Of a stretch of 25,792 bases of DNA, positions 8,630-18,319 are shown one piece after another. The notes under the pieces are model-generated. The model did not search any database, was not told where the DNA came from, and saw nothing but the letters and a program-made list of their open reading frames with translations. The position numbers and the translations under genes were made by a program. Every line of letters begins with the position of its first letter. The first letter of the stretch is position 1. This stretch comes from a virus (Duplodnaviria > Caudoviricetes), in the IMG/VR virus record IMGVR_UViG_3300035396_000161, positions 1 through 25,792 of that record; one strand, given 5' to 3'.

Positions 8630-9304
8630 ATGGAAATTAAACATTTAAATAAAAATATAAATATACATTTATATGAAAACGAAGTTGTTAGCGATATTAT
8701 AAAAAATAGTAAAACTTTTTTTGAATTAAATTTTTTAGAATATATTAGAAAAAATTATAGTAATCAAAAAAACATAATTGATATAGGAGCTAACATTGGT
8801 AATCATTCATTATATTTTTCAGAGTATTTAACATATAATAAAATAATTTGTTTTGAACCATTCTTAGATAATTACAATTTATTATCTAAGAATATGGTTG
8901 ATAAAAATTGTGAGTTATATAATATTGCTTTAAATGATAAAGAAGAAGAAATACCATTATACAATAGTCAAAAAAATAATAATGGTGGATTTTCTTTACA
9001 TAATTATAATGGAATATCTTATGAAGTGTATAATAAAATTAAAACTACAACATTAGATAGTTATAATTTTAATGATGTATCAATGATTAAAATTGATGTT
9101 GAGGGACATGAAATACCTGTTTTAAATGGAGCTAAAAATACAATATTGAGAAATAACCCAATAATGTTTATTGAAAATTTGGCTTATGACTATCCGAATT
9201 TATTTAATATTAATCAATATGATGAATTTTTTAATAGTATTGGATATAAAATTATTGATAAAAATATAGCTGGAAGTTATATGGATTTGTGGATTAAAAA
9301 ATAA
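8630..9304 (+). CDS. FkbM-family methyltransferase
   Basis: IIDIGANIGNHSLY, ICFEP, TLDS, MIKIDVEGHE, PIMFIE. Confidence 0.92.
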   Translation: MEIKHLNKNINIHLYENEVVSDIIKNSKTFFELNFLEYIRKNYSNQKNIIDIGANIGNHSLYFSEYLTYNKIICFEPFLDNYNLLSKNMVDKNCELYNIALNDKEEEIPLYNSQKNNNGGFSLHNYNGISYEVYNKIKTTTLDSYNFNDVSMIKIDVEGHEIPVLNGAKNTILRNNPIMFIENLAYDYPNLFNINQYDEFFNSIGYKIIDKNIAGSYMDLWIKK

Positions 9305-9315
9305 TAAAATAATAT

Positions 9316-9570
9316 ATGGATACTTTTGGAAATTTAATTGATAAGCTGACTGTTACAAATTTAAAAATTTGGATGTTAGAAGATGTAAAACGTAATGTTG
9401 ATGCTAATGATAGTACAATTGCAGAAGCAACTAAAAAAACAAATTTATTAAATCAACAAAGAAACGATTTGATACAAGAAATAGATGAAATGTTTATAAA
9501 ATGTTCAAATGGTGTTGTTGATTTTAAAAATTATAAACAAGGTGATACAAAATCGTATGGAAGGCAATAA
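9316..9570 (+). CDS. DUF4254-like small helical protein
   Basis: MDTFGNLIDKLTVTNLKIWMLED...LNQQRNDLIQEID pattern, a family commonly found in glycosyltransferase clusters. Confidence 0.7.
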   Translation: MDTFGNLIDKLTVTNLKIWMLEDVKRNVDANDSTIAEATKKTNLLNQQRNDLIQEIDEMFIKCSNGVVDFKNYKQGDTKSYGRQ

Positions 9571-10351
9571 TTTAATAATAGGTAATTCACAACTATCTCA
9601 CTATTTTCCGAAAGATTATATTACTATTTCATCAAGAAATATTGATAAGAAATATTTAATGGAAAATAAGTGGGATAGTGTTTATATTACATTTGCTGAA
9701 CAAAGAATATATGATAATAATATAGACTTTATAACACCAAATTGTAAATATACATTAGAATTGATTGATATACTAATTAAAAATTCAAATAAAATTACTG
9801 TATATTTATCATCTGAATTATGGAATAATGTTAGTGGTGAAATTAATATAAATACACCTGTAAATTTTAAACCTACTGGTAATGATTATGCACTTTCAAA
9901 ATATATGTTATTTGAGAGAATAAAAGAATTAAGAGTTAAAAATAATGATTATAATAAAGTTGTTGTTTTAGCTCCTTTTTATTTTAATTCTATTTATCGT
10001 AATGAATATTTTTTATTTGGTAAAGTTTTTAATTCTATTATAAATAAAAAGAAAATTGAACTTTCAAATATAAATTTTTTTAGAGATATTAGTCATGCAA
10101 AATATGTTGCAGAAAGAAGTATAAATTCTTATAAAGATGATGTTATTGGTAGTGGTAATTTAATTAATGTACGAACATATATAAAGGATTTATATTATTC
10201 ATTTAACATGTATTATAATGATTATGTAATCGAAACTAATACAGAATATAGAAATATAAATTTATTCTATACTAAAAATGAAAATATATATTTATATAAA
10301 GATTTACTAAATGATACAATTAATGATATAAAAACAATAGTAATAAAATGA
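9557..10351 (+). CDS. Divergent NAD-dependent sugar epimerase/reductase (extended SDR)
   Basis: Likely start ATG 9557 (MEGNNLIIGNSQL). YLSSELW, catalytic YALSK (YxxxK), FFRDISH, IGSG. Confidence 0.7.
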   Translation: MEGNNLIIGNSQLSHYFPKDYITISSRNIDKKYLMENKWDSVYITFAEQRIYDNNIDFITPNCKYTLELIDILIKNSNKITVYLSSELWNNVSGEININTPVNFKPTGNDYALSKYMLFERIKELRVKNNDYNKVVVLAPFYFNSIYRNEYFLFGKVFNSIINKKKIELSNINFFRDISHAKYVAERSINSYKDDVIGSGNLINVRTYIKDLYYSFNMYYNDYVIETNTEYRNINLFYTKNENIYLYKDLLNDTINDIKTIVIK

Positions 10352-11028
10352 AAATAAGTTTTTTAATTCCATCCTACAATAGACCACAAAATTTATACAA
10401 CACTATAAATTCAATAATAAATAATGTATATAATGATTACGAAATACTTATAAGATGTAATGATGATGATTATAATACAATAAATGATACAGATATAAAT
10501 AGTTTATTATATACATACCACAATAATTTAAAATTAATAGTTGGTGATAAATTAAATGGTTATAATAGTTTACATGAATTTTATAATGAATTAGCGAGTG
10601 TATCAACGGGGGATTTTATATGTTTATATAGTGATGATATGGTTGTTTTAAATAAAAATTTTGATTTAGAATTAAATAAATATAGTGGTGATAATATACA
10701 TTATTTTTTACATAATAAAGTCAGAGGTAAATCGAGTGATAGTGGAGATTACTATTTTCCAATTATTAGTAGAAAATTAAAAAATATTTTAAATAATAAA
10801 TTATCACCTATATATTTATATGATGGTTATATGTTGGAATATGCAAGGCAAACAAATATAATGAGAAGATTGAATATTGATATTGAACACATACATTTGA
10901 ATGATGATACAAATATATCAAATAGTATATCTCATCAAACATTTCTAAAAACAGATACAAAGGAGGATTCATTAAAAAGATGTGAATCTATGAAAAATGA
11001 TGTATTAAAAATAAAAAGTAATTTATGA
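10348..11028 (+). CDS. Glycosyltransferase family 2 (GT-A)
   Basis: KISFLIPSYNRP, YEILIRCNDDD, GDFICLYSDD. Confidence 0.85.
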   Translation: MKISFLIPSYNRPQNLYNTINSIINNVYNDYEILIRCNDDDYNTINDTDINSLLYTYHNNLKLIVGDKLNGYNSLHEFYNELASVSTGDFICLYSDDMVVLNKNFDLELNKYSGDNIHYFLHNKVRGKSSDSGDYYFPIISRKLKNILNNKLSPIYLYDGYMLEYARQTNIMRRLNIDIEHIHLNDDTNISNSISHQTFLKTDTKEDSLKRCESMKNDVLKIKSNL

Positions 11029-11873
11029 ATATAATTTTTTACAACGATTTTCATAATGGTGATTTACACTATTGTAGAGAATTTATCAAAGATATTATGT
11101 GTAAAGTATCTGCAAATTTTTATTTTGCACACAAATGTAATACTGAAACTTTTAAAGATATACCTAATTTGAATTATAAAAATATAATGGAAGTATATTC
11201 TATAAGAGATTATAATAGTATATCTATAACAAATATAAATGATAATATTTATATAAATACGTGGATGGGTCAAAAACATCTATTATATTATAAAGATACT
11301 ATGAGTTCAATATATACTGTTTATAAAATATTTACCGATGTTTATAAACAATTAAATATTGAAATAAATGAAATAGAATATTATATACCTGAAATTGATA
11401 AATGCTATTTAAATATTCAAAATATTGACAATTTTTTAAATAACCATAAAAATAAAAAAGTACTTATATCTAATGGAGATGTTAAATCTGGACAATCAAA
11501 TAATTTTAATTTTAATAATATAATTATTAAATTAGCTGCACAATATCAAAATATAGATTTTATATTGACAGATAATAAATCAAAAATAAATATGAATAAT
11601 ATATACTATACAAATGATATTATAAATCAACAATATGATTTAAATGAGGTATCGTATATATCAACATATTGTGATGTTATTGTTGGTAGAGCTTCTGGGA
11701 CATATAGTTTTAGTTTTGTAAAAGATAATTTATTTAATCCTAATAAAACATTTATAGGATTTTCACATTGGGAGAATGAAAGTATTTTTTATAAATCTAA
11801 TATTTGTAAACAGTTGTGGTATAATAATTATGATGAAAATTTTATAATAGAAAAAATAAAAGAAAATTTATGA
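11025..11873 (+). CDS. Putative glycosyltransferase-like protein
   Basis: [25 protein letters not shown] resemble a GT-B (GT9-like) fold; located in the sugar cluster. Confidence 0.45.
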   Translation: MNIIFYNDFHNGDLHYCREFIKDIMCKVSANFYFAHKCNTETFKDIPNLNYKNIMEVYSIRDYNSISITNINDNIYINTWMGQKHLLYYKDTMSSIYTVYKIFTDVYKQLNIEINEIEYYIPEIDKCYLNIQNIDNFLNNHKNKKVLISNGDVKSGQSNNFNFNNIIIKLAAQYQNIDFILTDNKSKINMNNIYYTNDIINQQYDLNEVSYISTYCDVIVGRASGTYSFSFVKDNLFNPNKTFIGFSHWENESIFYKSNICKQLWYNNYDENFIIEKIKENL

Positions 11874-12889
11874 AAAAAAGAGCTTTGATAACTGGAATAA
11901 CTGGACAAGATGGTAGTTATTTAGCAGAAAGATTATTAGAATTAGATTACGAAGTACATGGTATAATTAGAAGAAGTAGTAGTTTAAATACATCGAGAAT
12001 AGACCACATATTTGATAAATTAAATTTACATTATGGTGATTTAAGTGATAGTTTAAGTTTAGATAACATTATGTTTGATGTTAAACCAGATTTGATTTTT
12101 AATTTAGCTGCTCAATCACATGTTAAAGTTAGCTTTGAAATACCAGAATATACAGGTCAAGTCGATGCTTTGGGTACATTAAAACTAATAGAAGCAATGA
12201 GAAAACATTGTCCAAATAGTAGATTATATCAAGCTTCTACATCGGAATTGTTTGGATTAGTTCAGGAAACACCACAAAAAGAAACCACACCTTTTTATCC
12301 AAGAAGTCCTTATGGTGTTGCAAAATTGTATAGTTTTTGGATTGCTAAAAATTATAGAGAATCTTATAATTTATTCATATCTAATGGTATATTATACAAT
12401 CATGAATCTGAAAGAAGAACTGAAACATTTGTTACAAGAAAAATAACATCAACCTTATCAAAAATACATAAATCTATTTTAAACAATGATATGAATTTTA
12501 AAACATTAAAATTAGGTAATATTTATTCTAAAAGGGATTGGGGATATGCTAAAGAATATGTTGATGGAATGATTAAAATATTATTACATGATAAAGCCGA
12601 TGATTTTATATTAGCAACAAATGAAACACATTCTATTAAAGAATTTATAGAAGAAAGTTGTAAATATACTTGTATAGATTTAAATTGGATTGGTGAAAAC
12701 GAAAATGAAAAAGGTGTTGATAGAAAAACAGGTAAAGTTATTATTGAAATTGATAAAAGATATTTCAGACCAGCAGAAGTAGAATTATTATTAGGAGATT
12801 ATACTAAAGTTAAAACTGAAATCGGTTGGCAACCTAAAGTTAAATTTAAAGAGCTTGTAGAAATAATGATGAAACATGATTTAAAATAA
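11870..12889 (+). CDS. gmd: GDP-mannose 4,6-dehydratase
   Basis: [74 protein letters not shown]. Confidence 0.97.
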   Translation: MKKRALITGITGQDGSYLAERLLELDYEVHGIIRRSSSLNTSRIDHIFDKLNLHYGDLSDSLSLDNIMFDVKPDLIFNLAAQSHVKVSFEIPEYTGQVDALGTLKLIEAMRKHCPNSRLYQASTSELFGLVQETPQKETTPFYPRSPYGVAKLYSFWIAKNYRESYNLFISNGILYNHESERRTETFVTRKITSTLSKIHKSILNNDMNFKTLKLGNIYSKRDWGYAKEYVDGMIKILLHDKADDFILATNETHSIKEFIEESCKYTCIDLNWIGENENEKGVDRKTGKVIIEIDKRYFRPAEVELLLGDYTKVKTEIGWQPKVKFKELVEIMMKHDLK

Positions 12890-12932
12890 TGATATTTAAT
12901 TTTTTTATATATACAATAAAAAATATATTATT

Positions 12933-13526
12933 ATGAAAATAAATGAAAAAGATTATAGCCATGAAAAACGCATGGAATATGCTGAAAAAGGATACGCTTT
13001 ACCAGATGGTAGTTTTCCAATAGTTGATAAAAAAGATTTAGAAAATGCTATCACAAGTTATGGACTTGGAAGAAATAAAAATATAGCTAAAAATCACATT
13101 ATAAAACGTGCAAAAGATTTAAATGCTGTTGATATGCTTCCAGATAAATGGAAAGTAAATGAAAATTACTATCAAACATTTGAACAATTCTCAATTCCTA
13201 AATATAATACTGAAAATATTATTGAAAATAATGATATTAGAATACAAGATTATAATAATTTCAATAGTTTAGTAAGAAGAATATTTATAAAAAGAGGATA
13301 TAAATACGATTTATCAAACACATCTTATTCATTAATAAATGTTGAAAAAACACATAAATATATATTCAAATTAGAAAATTACGATAGCAGTAATTATATT
13401 GTTTATTGCAATAGTATAAAAATAGCTGATGATAGTATAACCGAAAAGGTATTTAAAAGTAAAAATAAAAATGTAAATAAAGCTGTTGATGAATTTACAT
13501 CATTTTTAGATAAATATGTGAAATAA
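12933..13526 (+). CDS. DUF6582-like N-terminal domain protein, putative virion internal protein
   Basis: ALPDGSFPI...DLENAI...HIIKRAKDL...LPDKW, followed by VNE-NYYQTFEQF. Confidence 0.6.
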   Translation: MKINEKDYSHEKRMEYAEKGYALPDGSFPIVDKKDLENAITSYGLGRNKNIAKNHIIKRAKDLNAVDMLPDKWKVNENYYQTFEQFSIPKYNTENIIENNDIRIQDYNNFNSLVRRIFIKRGYKYDLSNTSYSLINVEKTHKYIFKLENYDSSNYIVYCNSIKIADDSITEKVFKSKNKNVNKAVDEFTSFLDKYVK

Positions 13527-13547
13527 TTACCAACACAATAATTGAAT

Positions 13548-13585
13548 AAATCCACATCCTATTTAAAATAAGATGTGGATTTTTT
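13548..13585 (+). terminator. Intrinsic terminator
   Basis: aaatccacatc / gatgtggattt stem followed by a T run, just after the 13526 stop. Confidence 0.7.
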
Positions 13586-13609
13586 ATATATAAATAAAAA
13601 ACAATATTT

Positions 13610-14377
13610 ATGAAAATTTATTATAATGATTATTTAAGAATTGTCGAAAATTTAAACAATATTAAATATGAAATGGAATATGATGAAGAATACGATAGAT
13701 ACGAATTTAAAGCTGTATATAAAGGTAAGAAAATTGCAAAATTATCAATAGATGTTGTAAATTGTGCTTATGACTACGATTTTAATGATGTAATTGATGA
13801 AGATGAATATAATGACATATTTACATCGGATGAATTAGTAAAGATTTCATATTTGGAAGTAGATGATGAATATAAAAATAAAGGTATTGCAAAATCTTTG
13901 TTACAATATGGAATGGATGAAATGAAAAAATTAGGATATAATGAATATTATTTAAATGCTTCTCCTATGGGATTTGGTGGTTTATATTTAGATGATTTGA
14001 TTGGATTTTATGAAAGGTTCGGATTTAAAGTTTTAAAACACCAAGGAAATAATGCAATGATGTATTATATAAGCGATAAAAGTATTAATGAAAATTATTC
14101 TGATGTGAATAAATTGCCATCATTTTTCAGAGAAACTAAATATAGATTACCAAATATCGAAGAAATAAAAGAATTTGAAAAATATGATTTAACTCCACAA
14201 GAAATATTAAATGGATTTCATTATTCAATTGTTGGTAGAGGTATTTTAGATGGTAAAAGAAAACAAATGATTATAACAGCTATTAAAATGTTGATAGATT
14301 ATTATTTAGATATTAATAATGAAATATATAAACAAGCTTTAGAATTAGCTGAATCTTTAAAAAGTAAATTTTTATGA
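13610..14377 (+). CDS. GNAT-family acetyltransferase with C-terminal extension
   Basis: Motif A LEVDDEYKNKGIAKSLL and motif B LIGFYERFGFK. Confidence 0.85.
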   Translation: MKIYYNDYLRIVENLNNIKYEMEYDEEYDRYEFKAVYKGKKIAKLSIDVVNCAYDYDFNDVIDEDEYNDIFTSDELVKISYLEVDDEYKNKGIAKSLLQYGMDEMKKLGYNEYYLNASPMGFGGLYLDDLIGFYERFGFKVLKHQGNNAMMYYISDKSINENYSDVNKLPSFFRETKYRLPNIEEIKEFEKYDLTPQEILNGFHYSIVGRGILDGKRKQMIITAIKMLIDYYLDINNEIYKQALELAESLKSKFL

Positions 14378-14807
14378 ATTATAAAAAGTTTAAAACATTC
14401 GATGGATTAATAAAAACTTATCCTATATCGAATTTAGAAAATTATTTGGTAAGATATTTCAATTCGTGTAATATACTATATAGAGCATTAGAATTTTTTG
14501 AACAAAAATAATTTACTTTTAAATTTTTTGTTTCATGTTAAAAATAAATAAACAATATTTTGAAATGTGTTTTAAAAATGTTCAATTAATTTTAACACCC
14601 TATATAACATACCATCTAGAAAGATTATATGTAGTGTTTGATGAATATCAAAATAAAAAAAGTAATTATAAAATTCTAAAAATAGATACACAAGATTTAG
14701 ATTTAAGATTTATGAAAGATTGTAATTGTGTATTAGATAATGAAAGTGATGTATTTGCTTATTATACATATTCAATAATTCCACCAAATAAAATAGAAAT
14801 AATTTAA
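14374..14807 (+). pseudogene. Fragmented phage gene (45-aa ORF 14374-14511 plus ORF 14535-14807), possibly ART/Tpt1-like fold
   Basis: MNYKKFKTFDGLIKTYPI... stops at 14511. The next ORF ends YHLERLY...YKILKID...FMKD...YTYSIIPPNKI, which resembles the C-terminus of phage Tpt1/ART-like proteins. Family call is from memory. Confidence 0.35.
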
Positions 14808-14847
14808 AAATAATTTTTTTATATCAAAAAGTTTTTATACCTTTGTA
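14808..14847 (+). promoter_or_regulatory. Bacteroidota sigma70-type (early) promoter, copy 1
   Basis: -7 element TACCTTTG (TAnnTTTG) at 14838-14845. The 40-mer is 35/40 identical to 24691-24730. Confidence 0.75.
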
Positions 14848-14885
14848 CTATAATTAAATAATTAAACAATTTAAAACTTAAAGTT

Positions 14886-15305
14886 ATGAATAGAAGAAAT
14901 TTAATAGATTTAGTTGGTTTTATTTTTAATGTACCAATGTTTAAAAATTTAAACCTTATCATATTTTCAATAATTTTTTATTTGAAAATTGATACAATTT
15001 TTGATATGATGTTTGGTAAAAATGAAAGCGAATTAAAAACTATTTCAATGGTTGTATTCTTTTTAATGTTTATTTTATCGTTTGCTTATATGTTGTATAT
15101 ATTCTCAAAAGAATTTGATACTATATATGCAAAATATGAATTTAACTTTAGATTACATGTATTTTATACATTAATGTTATTTGGTTGGATACTTTCATTA
15201 TTTAGTGTATATTTTATATTAGTGTTTTTAGTATTATATATTGCCTATTATGTTAGTATTATAAAATATGATAAGTTGTATATTTTTATTAAGAATTATG
15301 AATAA
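14886..15305 (+). CDS. Hypothetical membrane protein (3-4 TM segments)
   Basis: Long hydrophobic stretches; first gene after the promoter. Confidence 0.65.
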   Translation: MNRRNLIDLVGFIFNVPMFKNLNLIIFSIIFYLKIDTIFDMMFGKNESELKTISMVVFFLMFILSFAYMLYIFSKEFDTIYAKYEFNFRLHVFYTLMLFGWILSLFSVYFILVFLVLYIAYYVSIIKYDKLYIFIKNYE

Positions 15306-15319
15306 TTAAATATTAAGAA

Positions 15320-15625
15320 ATGGTAATTTCAGCTATAAAAGAAATCATTGTGAATGATTATAAAATAAATTGGAAAAGTGATTGGAATGATATAAATACG
15401 CAATCTGAAATAATTAAAGAATCTTATAGATTGTTTAGAATGTGTTTATATCCTACACCTTTATCTATAATATTGAAACATAAATATAAAGATGTATCAA
15501 TTAAAATTATTGTAAATAATCATAATAAATTTATTAAAATTAAAAATGAGCATCCTGAATATTTTGATTGTATTGGTAATGATGAATATGTTTGTGAAAT
15601 TAAAGAATTATTTCATTTAAAGTAA
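15320..15625 (+). CDS. Hypothetical protein
   Basis: 101-aa ORF, co-oriented and tightly spaced. Confidence 0.6.
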   Translation: MVISAIKEIIVNDYKINWKSDWNDINTQSEIIKESYRLFRMCLYPTPLSIILKHKYKDVSIKIIVNNHNKFIKIKNEHPEYFDCIGNDEYVCEIKELFHLK

Positions 15626-15632
15626 AAGTAAA

Positions 15633-15776
15633 ATGGAAAACGAAAAATTAGATAAATATAATAGTTGGTATGAATCATCTCCAAATAATAAAGATTTAAT
15701 TTATATTGGAATATTTACAATTATTGCTTGTACTATTATAATAGTTGGTTGTATATTAATAAATTTATATTCATAA
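15633..15776 (+). CDS. Small single-TM membrane protein (47 aa), absent from the ORF track
   Basis: MENEKLDKYNSWYESSPNNKDLIYIGIFTIIACTIIIVGCILINLYS*; fills the gap between flanking genes. Confidence 0.6.
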   Translation: MENEKLDKYNSWYESSPNNKDLIYIGIFTIIACTIIIVGCILINLYS

Positions 15777-15787
15777 AAATATTTAAA

Positions 15788-16003
15788 ATGGTTAAAATGG
15801 TTAAAATAATCGAATACACTAAAGAACGTGTAACTTTTGAAAAAGAAAATAGAGATGATAAGTTTTTTGGAGATAACAACTGCTCACATCAGAATATATT
15901 AAAACATTTAAACTTAGATAGTAATACAACCATATCACATCAATTTGATGATGGTAAATTTATTGGCAGTTTACTTTATGTTTATTTTAAAGGTGATAGT
16001 TAA
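15788..16003 (+). CDS. Hypothetical protein
   Basis: ATG 15788 (or 15797) is more plausible than TTG 15728, which overlaps the small membrane gene. Confidence 0.55.
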   Translation: MVKMVKIIEYTKERVTFEKENRDDKFFGDNNCSHQNILKHLNLDSNTTISHQFDDGKFIGSLLYVYFKGDS

Positions 16004-16064
16004 AGTGAAAAGTTTCAAAGTTGTTTAGAACCACAAATATATTGGGATATTAAAAATAAATAAA

Positions 16065-16322
16065 ATGAGAAAATTAAATATAAGTCATAAATGTGTAATG
16101 TTAACCGAAGCAAGTTATATCTATTGTATAAGGCATAATTTAGAATATGAAACATTTATTGATGAGGTTTTTATGAATAAACTATTTGATTGTAGTGAAG
16201 GTAGTGAATTTAATAATATTTGTAAAGATTTACTATGTTATAGATATATCGATTCATACAATTTAAAAGAAATTACTAACGTTGAATATGAGATATGTAT
16301 TGATAAGTTTGGTGAAAATTAA
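16065..16322 (+). CDS. Hypothetical protein
   Basis: 85-aa ORF with A-rich leader. Confidence 0.55.
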   Translation: MRKLNISHKCVMLTEASYIYCIRHNLEYETFIDEVFMNKLFDCSEGSEFNNICKDLLCYRYIDSYNLKEITNVEYEICIDKFGEN

Positions 16323-16366
16323 CAACAAATATCATAAACATGTTATAATACAAAAAAAATAATAAT

Positions 16367-16543
16367 ATGGATAACAGTAATGAAAAATTAAATAAATTCG
16401 ATGATAGTAAATCTTTTGATGATGAAGTGGAAATAAGAGCTTTATATAAAATACCATCACTATTAAAATATTATAAATGGACAAAAATATCAAGATTTTT
16501 AGCATACGGTTTACAAGGCATTGAAATAAGAGAAATTATATAG
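16367..16543 (+). CDS. Hypothetical protein (58 aa), absent from the ORF track
   Basis: MDNSNEKLNKFDDSK...IEIREII*; A-rich leader, precedes the terminator. Confidence 0.45.
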   Translation: MDNSNEKLNKFDDSKSFDDEVEIRALYKIPSLLKYYKWTKISRFLAYGLQGIEIREII

Positions 16544-16601
16544 TTGTGGTTTGTTATAAATATAAAACCTTTATATTAATTTTATATAAAAAAAAATAAT
16601 T

Positions 16602-16640
16602 AAATCTCACAACCACATATAATAAGTTGTGAGATTTTTT
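16602..16640. terminator. Probable bidirectional intrinsic terminator
   Basis: 12-bp stem aaatctcacaac / gttgtgagattt with T tail, between convergent gene blocks. Confidence 0.75.
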
Positions 16641-16965
16641 ATTTCAAATCTTTAAATGTAATCAATTTCTTAACATCATCAAATTTTATATCAATATGTA
16701 AACTATTGCTAATATCAACTTTTTTTAATAATTTATTAAAATCTTCTAATGATATTCCAGTATTTTTCAAATAATCATCTAATCCTATTGTAATTTCACT
16801 TACATCTTTTTTATATAAGCGTAAATAATCCATAGTCCTATCTAATAGATTTTTATAAAACATTTTTTCTTTCATAAAATCATCAAATGTTATTATATCA
16901 TTATTTATATCATTTTCATTAATGAATATATCATTAAGATTTATATTTAACTTTTTTAGAATCAT
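16639..16965 (-). CDS. Hypothetical protein
   Basis: ORF track gives 16639-17007; the ATG at 16965 (MILKKL...) minimises overlap. Contains INE and TFDDFMKE motifs. Confidence 0.6.
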   Translation of the reverse strand: MILKKLNINLNDIFINENDINNDIITFDDFMKEKMFYKNLLDRTMDYLRLYKKDVSEITIGLDDYLKNTGISLEDFNKLLKKVDISNSLHIDIKFDDVKKLITFKDLK

Positions 16966-18301
16966 CTTTATCTGTTTTATTTTTATTTCCGAAATAATAA
17001 ATATCATTTACAATTTCTACATTATCTCCAACTACAGCAGTATCTGTCAATACACTACTTCTTACAATAGAATATCCCTCTATACTACCTTCTATTTTAC
17101 TATTAAATATATAACAAGTATCTAATACCGTTTCAATATCACTATAACAATTTTCAATTTTATTATTAAATAAATTACAACCTGTCAATTTACTTTCATA
17201 TATATGTGTATTTTTCGCATCAACATTATAAAAACTACAATTTTCATATATACCAGAATTAATACTACAATTTATAAAAATATAATCTTCTAAATCTCCA
17301 ATACCATTAAAAGTTGCATTCACTACTTCTAATTTACCATTATCTAAATTATAATTAATAATACAATCTTTTATATTTTGTGTATTAATTATTAAATCGT
17401 ACATTTTTTCATAAAAACTATTATAATATGTTTTAATAATATCTTTTGTACTGGATTTATTTACTTGTAATTTAATGGTTGGAAATTCACTTATAAATGT
17501 TTCATAACTACTAAAATTTTTAAATTGGTTTATATTTTTCATAAGGTAATCTCTTAACTTACTATTATCACTTTCATCTAATTCAACATCAATACTATTA
17601 TATGTTAAGATGATAAAATAATCCATCAATTCCAATATTTCATTTGTTTTAAATTGGTAATCTAATCCACCAACATATCTAAATTCTAATCTACCAGTAT
17701 GAACATTTGCAATATTTATTCCATAATATTTAGTATTTGGTAAATCAATAAGATTGTATGCAATTTTTTTCATAGCAGCAGAAGCATAATCAAATCCTTT
17801 AAATGGTATTAAATTTTTTATACTTCTTGCATAATAGTTATCTTTACGATTTGGAAATAAACTATATATATAATTTTCATCTGTGTTTAAAATTAATTTA
17901 AATGGATTTAATTTATCTAATGTTTTATTAGTTTTTTCTTTATCGAATGATATGTTTATATGTATAGATGATTTTTCAGTAGTGCTGCAATTTTCTTGTA
18001 TGAATTTTAATATTTTTAACAATATTATTTTTGAATCAACATATTTTAATTTACCTGTAATTAATTCAATCATATCTGCACCACCACTAAAATCACATTC
18101 AATTTTAAAATGATTTTCGTCTGGTTTAAAACTGCTATGATATACTTTAAAACCTAAAACCTCAATAGGACTTAAATAAAAATTTAATTTAGTTAGCAAC
18201 ATATAATATGATAACTCACTATAAAATTCAAATTCAAATCCTATAATGGCATTTTTAAGTATATTAATATCATTGTAATGTATGTTTGTATATTTTTTCA
18301 T
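16934..18301 (-). CDS. Putative amidoligase (COOH-NH2 ligase type 2) with C-terminal beta-helix-like repeats
   Basis: IGFEFEF, IECDFSGG...IELIT, SSIHINISF, KYYGINI...RLEFR. C-terminal short repeats such as FINCSI, YENCSF, IENCYS. Confidence 0.75.
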   Translation of the reverse strand: MKKYTNIHYNDINILKNAIIGFEFEFYSELSYYMLLTKLNFYLSPIEVLGFKVYHSSFKPDENHFKIECDFSGGADMIELITGKLKYVDSKIILLKILKFIQENCSTTEKSSIHINISFDKEKTNKTLDKLNPFKLILNTDENYIYSLFPNRKDNYYARSIKNLIPFKGFDYASAAMKKIAYNLIDLPNTKYYGINIANVHTGRLEFRYVGGLDYQFKTNEILELMDYFIILTYNSIDVELDESDNSKLRDYLMKNINQFKNFSSYETFISEFPTIKLQVNKSSTKDIIKTYYNSFYEKMYDLIINTQNIKDCIINYNLDNGKLEVVNATFNGIGDLEDYIFINCSINSGIYENCSFYNVDAKNTHIYESKLTGCNLFNNKIENCYSDIETVLDTCYIFNSKIEGSIEGYSIVRSSVLTDTAVVGDNVEIVNDIYYFGNKNKTDKDDSKKVKYKS

Positions 18302-18319
18302 ATTCTCATATAATTTTTA

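Noticed and set aside
1-12889. Bacterial O-antigen/capsule locus or eukaryotic giant-virus glycosylation cluster
   Set aside because: No flippase, polymerase or exporter in view, and the flanking T4-like tail/baseplate genes, overlapping operon-style genes and Bacteroidota promoters favour a bacteriophage.
15785-15807. 9-bp tandem repeat aaaatggtt at a start codon
   Set aside because: Only about 2.5 copies; most simply a local slippage duplication.
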